Shown here piece after piece: positions 56,892 through 64,000 of a DNA stretch of 64,000 nt. A program made the translations under genes and the position numbers. Every line of letters starts with the position of its first letter. Position 1 is the first letter of the stretch. Location: the NCBI GenBank assembly GCA_048428865.1, contig DBFOPP010000051.1, positions 1,302-65,301 of the forward strand. The letters run 5' to 3'. Source of the stretch: Collinsella sp. Its GTDB lineage: Bacteria; Actinomycetota; Coriobacteriia; Coriobacteriales; Coriobacteriaceae. The notes under the pieces were generated by a model that made no database searches, had not been told where the DNA came from, and saw only the letters and a program-made list of their open reading frames with translations.

Positions 56892-58076
56892 GTGGGCAAG
56901 GCTAAGGCTAAGGCGAAGAAAAAGACGACGGGGGCGCGGGCTAAGCGCGACCGTCGTCGGAAGCTCGCGACCGAAGCCCCTGCATCTGCTGAGGAGCTGC
57001 TGGCAAGCGTACCGGGGCTTGACGCGTTACAGGATGTTCCGGCGTTCGATGACCTGCCGGTCGATGCGGCTCAGCAGGCTGCATTTGACGACTTTTGCGC
57101 ACAGGCCGAGGAGCCCGAGCAGATGCAGCTCGGTGCCGTGGTGCGCCTGGACCGCGGGTTTCCGCTGGTGGCAACTGCCGACGACACGTTTCGTGCCGAG
57201 CATGCCGTAGGGTTTGCCAAGTCGCGTGGCGAGGACGAGGTCTTGCTGCCCGCCGTGGGCGACCGCGTGGCGGTTCGCCGTGCTCCCGGGCACGACATGG
57301 GCGTGATCGAGTGCGTACTGCCGCGCCGTACGAGCTTTGAACGTTGGCGTGGCCGTGCCCGCGGTGAGCGCCAGGTGCTCTGCTCCAACGTTGACAGCGT
57401 GCTGATCGTGCAGGCGCTCGGCGCCGGCGAGGTGCTGCTCGATCGTGTGGCGCGCTCACTGGTGTTGGCGCTCGATTGCGATGCCGAGCCGGTGGTGGTG
57501 CTCACCAAGGCCGACCGCTGCGAGGCCGATGAGCTCGAGCGCGATCTGGACCGCGTGCGCCGTCTGGTGGGTCCGGGCGTGCGCGTGATCGTGACGTCTT
57601 CTGCTGAGGGCCTCGGCCTGGACGAGGTGCGCGCCTGCGTGCCGGCTGGGAGCTGTGCCATGATCTTGGGCGAGTCGGGCGCCGGCAAGTCGACGCTGCT
57701 CAACGCGCTACTGGGCCACGATGCGCTGGCCACTGGCGGCGTGCGCGAGCGTGATGACCAGGGCCGCCACACTACGGTTGCGCGCGTGATGGTGGCACTG
57801 CCGGGCGACGCCGGCGTGATCGCCGATGCCCCGGGCCTGCGCAGCCTACCGCTCGTGGGTCACGAGCGGGGTCTGGCGCGCGCCTTCCCCGAGATTGTCG
57901 AGGCATCGCGCGCGTGCCGATTTGGCGATTGCACGCATACCCATGAGCCGGGTTGCGCCGTTCGCGAGGCCGAGGACGCCGGGCAGATCGACAGCCTGCG
58001 TCTGGAAACGTTCCAAAACCTGGCGTCATCCATGCGCGTGAGCGCCCAAATGCTCGATCCCGATGTCCATCTGTAA
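56892..58076 (+). CDS. rsgA: Ribosome small subunit-dependent GTPase A
   Basis: PAVGD, TKAD, GESGAGKS, GRHTT, DAPG, CRFGDCTHTHEPGC; GTG start after RBS ggagg. Confidence 0.95.
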   Translation: MGKAKAKAKKKTTGARAKRDRRRKLATEAPASAEELLASVPGLDALQDVPAFDDLPVDAAQQAAFDDFCAQAEEPEQMQLGAVVRLDRGFPLVATADDTFRAEHAVGFAKSRGEDEVLLPAVGDRVAVRRAPGHDMGVIECVLPRRTSFERWRGRARGERQVLCSNVDSVLIVQALGAGEVLLDRVARSLVLALDCDAEPVVVLTKADRCEADELERDLDRVRRLVGPGVRVIVTSSAEGLGLDEVRACVPAGSCAMILGESGAGKSTLLNALLGHDALATGGVRERDDQGRHTTVARVMVALPGDAGVIADAPGLRSLPLVGHERGLARAFPEIVEASRACRFGDCTHTHEPGCAVREAEDAGQIDSLRLETFQNLASSMRVSAQMLDPDVHL

Positions 58077-58093
58077 TTGATTTTTCCTATGAC

Positions 58094-58128
58094 AGCCGTC
58101 TCCCAACTGTTCGGGAGACGGCTTTTTT
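58094..58128 (+). terminator. Intrinsic terminator
   Basis: agccgtctccc...gggagacggct followed by ttttt. Confidence 0.8.
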
Positions 58129-58167
58129 GCTGCGGAAAAGCCTTGAAGCATGCAGTTTGCTGACGTG

Positions 58168-58228
58168 CTGACCAAAACCTTGCCATGAGCTTGACGGGCT
58201 GGTCAGCTTTTGGTCGGCGATTGGTTTG
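58168..58228. promoter_or_regulatory. TGGTC array upstream of the tad operon
   Basis: tggtcag (58200), tggtcgg (58211), tggtttg (58222); inverted gctgaccaaaa at 58168. Confidence 0.45.
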
Positions 58229-58328
58229 ACATCGAAAACCAAGATCGCGATTGCGCCGCTTTGCACTCTGACCGCCCAGACAATGGTGGTACGGGCATTC
58301 GCCCGGCACTGCCATGAGAGGAGCGGCC

Positions 58329-58988
58329 GTGAACAAGAGCAAGCGCATCGCCATCAGTCTGGTCGCGGGCGTGCTCGCTGCTCTGCTCTGCATGGTTTAC
58401 GGCTCGTCGATCCGCTCGCAAGCCGAACAGGTCCAGGCTGAGACCTTGGCCAAGTACGGTGGCGATCGCGTCGAGGTATGCGTCGCGGCGCGCGATATCG
58501 ATGTGGGCGAGACCCTCGATGAGACCAATGTCATAACCCAGGAATGGCTGACGAGCCTGCTGCCGCGTGACGCGGCGACCGAGCTGCGCCAGGTGCGCGG
58601 CGACGTGACGACTTCGCGTATTCCCAAAAACGCCGTGATCTGCAATGTCTACACCAAGGCCGAGAGCCACAAGCTCGAGGTGCCTAAGGGCAAGGTCGCC
58701 GTTTCAGTGGCGGTCGATGCCGAGCACTCGGTCGGCGGTGCCACGGGCGTGGGCAGCTATGTGGACGTGTACGTGCAAAAAGATGGCGTAACCGATCGAC
58801 TGTGCGGCGCGCACGTGATCGATACCAGTGAGAATTCCGGTGCCACGCGCGAGGGCAAGATCGAATGGGTGACGCTGGCGGCTGACCCCGAAGACGTCAA
58901 GGAACTGCTGGGAGCCTCGGGCAAGGGAACGGTCAGCTTGACGATTCCCGCCACGGCGCGCGGCAAAAAGAGCGGAGGCGACGAGTGA
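58329..58988 (+). CDS. cpaB: Flp pilus assembly protein CpaB/RcpC (SAF domain)
   Basis: N-terminal TM, VAARDI..GE.L SAF motif, VP.GKVAVSV, G.YVDV. Confidence 0.85.
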   Translation: MNKSKRIAISLVAGVLAALLCMVYGSSIRSQAEQVQAETLAKYGGDRVEVCVAARDIDVGETLDETNVITQEWLTSLLPRDAATELRQVRGDVTTSRIPKNAVICNVYTKAESHKLEVPKGKVAVSVAVDAEHSVGGATGVGSYVDVYVQKDGVTDRLCGAHVIDTSENSGATREGKIEWVTLAADPEDVKELLGASGKGTVSLTIPATARGKKSGGDE

Positions 58989-60637
58989 TGAAGGCGATCT
59001 GGCTTGCGTGCTGCGCGTGCGGCGATTACGGGCTGTTGCAGCAGGAAGTCGAGGGCCGTGATGCGGGTGCACAGGTGCTTCGCGTGGGTGACCTGGACGG
59101 GCTGGTTTCCATGGCGCGGGCGTTTCCGTCGCGCCGCGGGGCTGCCATCATCGCGGCGTCTCTGTTTGATATCGAAGATGTGCGCAAGACTGTTGCGCGC
59201 CTGACGGCCGAAGGCCGCGTGAGTCGCGTGGTCGTGTTGATAGAAGCGCTCGATCCGTCGGATATCGAGGGACTGTTTCGCGCGGGGGCGACCGAGGTCA
59301 TCGCTGCGCACAGTATATGCGGCAACGGGCGCGCGGGCGAGGGAGCGGTTGATTCCGATCGGCGCATGACGATTGAGCCCGATGCTTTTGTTGATAGGGA
59401 ACCCGGGGCGCCTCGCGCTACAAGAGGCCCGCGTGTTGATGATTATGGAAAAGCGGAAGCCGAGCATGGTCGGCGCCCCCGGAACCCCCTTGTATACGAT
59501 GACGCTGGAGGGCCGGCACAGCATGCTGGCGACTCCCCGGCTGTAGATATGGGATACGTGCACGGCGTGAATCTGGCGGATGAACTCGACGAAGTTGAGG
59601 GCTTTGCCGGGTGCGGCGAGTTGTCGCTGATGCAGCATGAGCAGATTGCACAGAACGAGCCTGCCTTGCAGACCGAACAAGCTGCCATGCCGGCTTGGAC
59701 GCAGCGTGTGGTTGCGGCGGGGGAGACGGGGACGCTGTCGCCGACGCCCGCCCCGCCGCCTCCGATGCCGCCGGCAGACGCTGCCGCTCCGCAGCATCGA
59801 GCTCCGGTCATCTGCGCCATTTCGGGTTCGGGCGGTTGCGGCAAGTCGACGATCGTTGCCACCATGGCACACACATCGTCGCTGTTGGGCTTGCGTGCCG
59901 CCGTGCTCGACCTGGACCTGATGTTTGGAAACCTTTACGACTTGTTAGGCGTCGATGCTCCGCGCGATATGGCGGCACTTATCGAGCCGGCGGCGGCGGG
60001 CGCGCTCACCGAGCCGGATATCGTAGCCACATCGATGCGCGTGGCGCCAGGCGTTACGCTCTGGGGTCCCGTTGCGGCGCCCGAGCAAGCCGAGCTCATG
60101 GCACGTCCGGTGGAGCTACTGCTTGATGTTTTGCGTCGCGAATCCGACGTAGTCTTTATCGATACCTCGGTCTTTTGGGGCGACGCCGTGGCGGCTGCGG
60201 TGGCGGCGAGCGACCGCTGCCTGATCGTTGGCGATGCTGCGGTGTCGTCCGCGACATCGGCGTCGCGCGTCATTGAACTGGCAAGTCGAGTAGGTGTGCC
60301 GCGCACGCGCATGAGCGCCGTGTTCAACCGGTTCGGTGCGCGCGGGGCAGACGAGGACGTCGCCATGCGCTTTGAGATTGCCTGTGCGTTGAGCTCCAAG
60401 ATTCGTATCGCCGATGGCGGGCAGGATCTCGCCGCGCTCATGGCGTTTGGGCGCGCTGATGAGGCAGTGGGGCAGACCAGTGCTTTTGCGACCAGCGTGC
60501 GCGAGGCCACGCGCGAGATGCTCGTGGAACTGGGGTGCGCCGTCGGCCCTTGGAGCGATATGGTCGCCGACCGTGCAACGCGCACCGAACGCCCGCGTAT
60601 CCGCCTTCCCTGGTCGCGCGAGGGTGATCAGCGATGA
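58985..60637 (+). CDS. CpaE/TadZ-like ATPase with degenerate receiver domain and long linker
   Basis: SGSGGCGKST deviant Walker A, LDLDLMFGN, VFIDT; position in the tad operon. Confidence 0.82.
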   Translation: MMKAIWLACCACGDYGLLQQEVEGRDAGAQVLRVGDLDGLVSMARAFPSRRGAAIIAASLFDIEDVRKTVARLTAEGRVSRVVVLIEALDPSDIEGLFRAGATEVIAAHSICGNGRAGEGAVDSDRRMTIEPDAFVDREPGAPRATRGPRVDDYGKAEAEHGRRPRNPLVYDDAGGPAQHAGDSPAVDMGYVHGVNLADELDEVEGFAGCGELSLMQHEQIAQNEPALQTEQAAMPAWTQRVVAAGETGTLSPTPAPPPPMPPADAAAPQHRAPVICAISGSGGCGKSTIVATMAHTSSLLGLRAAVLDLDLMFGNLYDLLGVDAPRDMAALIEPAAAGALTEPDIVATSMRVAPGVTLWGPVAAPEQAELMARPVELLLDVLRRESDVVFIDTSVFWGDAVAAAVAASDRCLIVGDAAVSSATSASRVIELASRVGVPRTRMSAVFNRFGARGADEDVAMRFEIACALSSKIRIADGGQDLAALMAFGRADEAVGQTSAFATSVREATREMLVELGCAVGPWSDMVADRATRTERPRIRLPWSREGDQR

Positions 60638-61962
60638 GCCTGCAAACGAGGATTAAGGCTGCCGGCGCTGCAGCGGGGGCAGCGCCTGTAGATGCGGGGC
60701 GTCGCCGCGCGGTGAAACGACGCACCAAGTGCGCCGTGATGGACCGCATGGGTTACGACGAAGTGGCGCGTATCAGCGCCTATATCGACCCGGCACTTGC
60801 CCGCTCGGAATTGCGTCCCGCGGTGGAGGCGGCGCTCAATGTTGAGGAACCGACCGATCTCGCGACGACCGAGCGCGAGACCATCATCGACGAGATTTTG
60901 GATGACGTAGTGGGCCTGGGGCCGTTGCAGCCGCTCATCGAGGACGACACCGTTACCGAGATCATGATCAACGGCTGCCGCTCGGCTTTCTTTGAACGCG
61001 GCGGCGTCTTGCACCCCATCGAGCATGCGTTTGAGGATGATGAACAGATCCGTGTGCTTATCGACCGCATCATCTCGCCACTTGGCCGCCGTATCGACGA
61101 GCGCAGCCCCATCGTCAACGCCCGCCTCAAAACGGGCTATCGCGTCAACGCGGTGATTCCGCCTGTGGCGATTGACGGACCGATTCTCACCATCCGAAAG
61201 TTCTCGGACCGCATCTGCTCGCTGGACGAGCTTGTGGGGCTGGGGTCGCTGCCGCTTTGGTATGCGCAGCTGTTGTCGTGCGCGGTGTCGCTGCGACAGG
61301 ACCTGGCGGTTGCGGGAGGCACGGGATCTGGTAAGACCACCCTGCTCAACGCGTTGTCATGTGAGATTTCCACCGGCGAGCGCATCGTGACGATCGAGGA
61401 CTCTGCCGAGCTCAAGTTTGCGCATCATCCGCACGTGGTGCGTCTAGAGGCGCGCGAGGCTTCAATTGAGGGCGAGGGCGCGGTGACGATCCGCGACCTG
61501 GTGACCAATGCCCTGCGCATGCGCCCCGACCGCATCGTGGTGGGCGAGGTGCGCGGTGCCGAGTGCTGCGACATGTTGCAGGCTATGAACACGGGCCACG
61601 ACGGGTCGCTCACCACGCTTCATGCGGGTTCCGAGCAGGAGACCGTGGTGCGTCTGACGTTGCTTGCACGTTATGGCATCGATCTGCCGAGCGAGCTCAT
61701 CGAAGAGCAGATTGCCATGGCGCTCGACGGCATCGTGATGTCCGAGCGCCACGCCGATGGCAGGCGCTTCGTCTCCTCGTATTCGGGGGTGCGTCGCGCC
61801 GCGTCGGGCGGCGTAGAGCTCGAGCGCTATGTGACTTTCGATGCCGCCGAGCGCACCTGGACGCTTGACCGCGAGCCGCCGTTTATCGCAGAAGGCCTGC
61901 GGTCGGGGACGCTCACACAAGAGGAGGTGGACGAATGGAGGTCGCTGTGCCCCTCGTCGTAG
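60634..61962 (+). CDS. cpaF: CpaF/TadA secretion ATPase
   Basis: [53 protein letters not shown]. Confidence 0.95.
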   Translation: MSLQTRIKAAGAAAGAAPVDAGRRRAVKRRTKCAVMDRMGYDEVARISAYIDPALARSELRPAVEAALNVEEPTDLATTERETIIDEILDDVVGLGPLQPLIEDDTVTEIMINGCRSAFFERGGVLHPIEHAFEDDEQIRVLIDRIISPLGRRIDERSPIVNARLKTGYRVNAVIPPVAIDGPILTIRKFSDRICSLDELVGLGSLPLWYAQLLSCAVSLRQDLAVAGGTGSGKTTLLNALSCEISTGERIVTIEDSAELKFAHHPHVVRLEAREASIEGEGAVTIRDLVTNALRMRPDRIVVGEVRGAECCDMLQAMNTGHDGSLTTLHAGSEQETVVRLTLLARYGIDLPSELIEEQIAMALDGIVMSERHADGRRFVSSYSGVRRAASGGVELERYVTFDAAERTWTLDREPPFIAEGLRSGTLTQEEVDEWRSLCPSS

Positions 61963-62861
61963 GGGGTTTGGCAGGGTTTTCTGTCGCGACGGCGTGCGGG
62001 GCGGAACCTCGTGTGCCGCAGGTGCCGCCGGCGGAGCTGGCGCGTCAGGCGTTCGAGACGGTGGCAGAGAAGCTGCCGCGTGAGTTGGTGGAAAACGATC
62101 TGCTGAAAAAGATTGCCCGTTCGTGGGCATCGCTGGCTCCGGCGCGTCGCCTTGGCCTCGTGATCGAAGATGCTTCGGGGCGTTTGGCGTTTCTGCTGCT
62201 ATCGAGCGGTGTCTGCTGCGTTTTGCTAACGATGGTGTCGTTATCGCCCCTCGGGTTTGCCTTGGGACTTGTTGCTCCGATTGCCGCTGGCGCCGCTCGG
62301 GATGGCTTTGAGAGCCGGCGCGAGCAACACGATGCAGAAGAGGCCATGCCCGAGGCGTTTACCGCACTTTCCATGTCGCTTGCCTCGGGACATTCGCTGG
62401 CCCAGGGCATGCGCTTTGTGGGCGCTCATGCGCAAGAACCGGTGCATACCGAGTTTTTGCGGGTAGCGGCGGCGATCGATTGCGGCATCTCGGCGACCGA
62501 CGCGCTCGATGACTTGCTCGTGCGCATCGACGCCCCCGGCCTTTCGCTTGTGACCTTGGCGCTTAAGGTGTCTCAGCGCACCGGTGCTCCGCTTGCCGAC
62601 TTACTGTCCGAGGCGTCGAGCATGGTGGGGGAGCGCATTGAGCTCAAGCGCCGCCTGGATGTTAAGACGTCGCAGGCTCGCATGTCTGCGCATATGGTCG
62701 CGGCGATGCCGGCGGGCATGTGCGCGGTGTTGGCGCTGCTTTCGGCAGATTTTCGTCGCGGTCTTGCGACGCCTGCCGGTGCGGGCGCTGTGGTGCTGGG
62801 TCTAGCCCTCAACGTCGTTGCCCTGGTGGTTATCCGGCGCCTTATGCGGGTGGAGCTATGA
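61935..62861 (+). CDS. tadB: TadB (type II secretion F-domain) protein
   Basis: MPEA...SLASGHSL, TGAPLA, QARMSA; follows cpaF. Confidence 0.85.
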   Translation: MEVAVPLVVGGLAGFSVATACGAEPRVPQVPPAELARQAFETVAEKLPRELVENDLLKKIARSWASLAPARRLGLVIEDASGRLAFLLLSSGVCCVLLTMVSLSPLGFALGLVAPIAAGAARDGFESRREQHDAEEAMPEAFTALSMSLASGHSLAQGMRFVGAHAQEPVHTEFLRVAAAIDCGISATDALDDLLVRIDAPGLSLVTLALKVSQRTGAPLADLLSEASSMVGERIELKRRLDVKTSQARMSAHMVAAMPAGMCAVLALLSADFRRGLATPAGAGAVVLGLALNVVALVVIRRLMRVEL

Positions 62862-63499
62862 GCGCCCTGGTTGCAGTTGTGGCTTGCCTGTGTGCCCTGA
62901 GTGTATTTGTCGCGACGGGTTTGGATTGGGCGGATGCGCGCAAGATCGCAGGGGCCTGCAAGCGCGAGGCGGTGCTGGTCGCTGCCGCGGGTCGCTCGGT
63001 GGTCGATGCCCTGACCGCGCGAGTGAAGGGCGCGGTTGGAGCGGGCGGCCCGGCGCGAGTGTCGCTCGGCGAAGTGTCCGAGATGATCGATGTTGTGCGC
63101 TTGGGTCTTTCGGCCGGCCTTTCGTTTGATGCGGCGCTTGAGATTTTCTGCGCCAACCGCCGGTCAGTGCTGGCTCTTCGCCTTGAGCGGGCCTGCATGG
63201 CGTGGCAGGTGGGCGTGGGCACGCGTGAGGACGAGTTGTTGGCCGCCGCGCGCGACCTGGACGTGCGAGCGCTCGAGACCTTTGCCATTACGGTGGGGCA
63301 GGCACTCGCCCTGGGTGCCCCACTTGCCGAGACACTGGCCGCTCAAAGTCGCGAGATCCGTGCGGCTCATCGCGCCGCGGTCGAGCGCGAGATTGAGCGT
63401 GCGCCCGTCAAGCTGCTGATTCCCACCGGCACGCTCATCTTGCCGGCGTTGCTTCTGTCCATATTGGGCCCGCTGCTGGGAGCAGGCGGGATGATGTAG
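62858..63499 (+). CDS. tadC: TadC (type II secretion F-domain) protein
   Basis: AGLSFDAAL, LGAPLAETL, APVKLLIP...LILPA; ATG overlaps tadB stop. Confidence 0.85.
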   Translation: MSALVAVVACLCALSVFVATGLDWADARKIAGACKREAVLVAAAGRSVVDALTARVKGAVGAGGPARVSLGEVSEMIDVVRLGLSAGLSFDAALEIFCANRRSVLALRLERACMAWQVGVGTREDELLAAARDLDVRALETFAITVGQALALGAPLAETLAAQSREIRAAHRAAVEREIERAPVKLLIPTGTLILPALLLSILGPLLGAGGMM

Positions 63500-63509
63500 G
63501 GAGGAATAC

Positions 63510-63743
63510 ATGAACACGATGACTGACGCTGCTGGCAAGGTCCAGGGCTGGGCGTTTTGCCGGGCGGCACATGTTCGTCAGCGCGCCAAGGAGCTACTGC
63601 AGGAGGAGAGTGCACAGGGTACCACCGAGTATGCCATCTTGGTCGGCGTGCTCGTGGTGATCGCGATTATCGCCATCGTCGCATTTAAGGGCAAGGTCCA
63701 AGATCTATGGAACGCTATCAGCGAGGGCATCAACAGCCTGTAG
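63510..63743 (+). CDS. flp: Flp family type IVb pilin
   Basis: AQG/TTEYAIL prepilin cleavage motif followed by a hydrophobic helix. Confidence 0.9.
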   Translation: MNTMTDAAGKVQGWAFCRAAHVRQRAKELLQEESAQGTTEYAILVGVLVVIAIIAIVAFKGKVQDLWNAISEGINSL

Positions 63744-64000
63744 AGGGCGAGCGCCCCATCGGGGTGCTGCTGGTGTTTGCTTGCCTGACCGTGGCGATAG
63801 CGGCGGTGCTTTGGGGGCTTAACGCCGCGCGGCAGCAGCGTCCTGGGGCCGCCTTCGATTCGGGCTCAGATTCGGCGGTGGCGTCTCAAAAAGATGAGAT
63901 GCGAGATGCGGACGATTCGGATGTCGCTGTCACGGCGCAAACCTTTCTGCGGACGCTCGACAAGCGGTCTGGCACTGCGACGGATTCGCCTGGGGACAAC
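63707..64000 (+). CDS. Partial membrane-anchored protein of the tad locus (runs off window)
   Basis: Open frame MERYQRG...VLLVFACLTVAIAAVLWGL... to the window end; start uncertain (63707 or 63764). Confidence 0.5.
   Translation, partial: MERYQRGHQQPVEGERPIGVLLVFACLTVAIAAVLWGLNAARQQRPGAAFDSGSDSAVASQKDEMRDADDSDVAVTAQTFLRTLDKRSGTATDSPGDN

Overview
High-GC bacterial chromosome segment; gene content and proteins are most consistent with a gut Coriobacteriia actinobacterium (Collinsella-like; this is inference). Left to right: (1) 1-13.2 kb Amadori-compound (fructoselysine/glucoselysine-type) utilisation region with three SIS-domain deglycase paralogues, a mannose-family PTS (IIAB, IIC, IID), an EamA transporter, a HAD phosphatase, YitT and two GntR/UTRA regulators flanking recQ; (2) an LDH-like dehydrogenase, metA, an AbiEi/DUF559-like nuclease gene bracketed by direct copies of a palindromic repeat, 5-formyl-THF cyclo-ligase, a hicAB module, an LRR/YD surface protein and an M16C peptidase; (3) a ~24-35.5 kb defence/decayed mobile island ending at the 3' end of tRNA-Val(GAC): AlbA-HATPase protein, Sau3AI-like R-M pair, DUF5710 protein, excisionase/primase/phage remnants, a second C5-methyltransferase convergent with a DUF262 + HEPN pair, and an IS21 remnant; (4) housekeeping genes (glmM, M32 carboxypeptidase, T-box-pheST, Ni/Co ECF transporter with a NikR-like operator, pyk, P-type ATPase with a structured leader, rsgA) and a Tad/Flp pilus operon running off the right edge. 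Intergenic spaces hold several distinct families of palindromic repeats. The most interesting candidates are the nuclease gene with cognate dispersed repeats, the MTase/DUF262/HEPN triad and a two-state RNA leader before the P-type ATPase. All family calls come from motif recognition by eye; no database searches were run.
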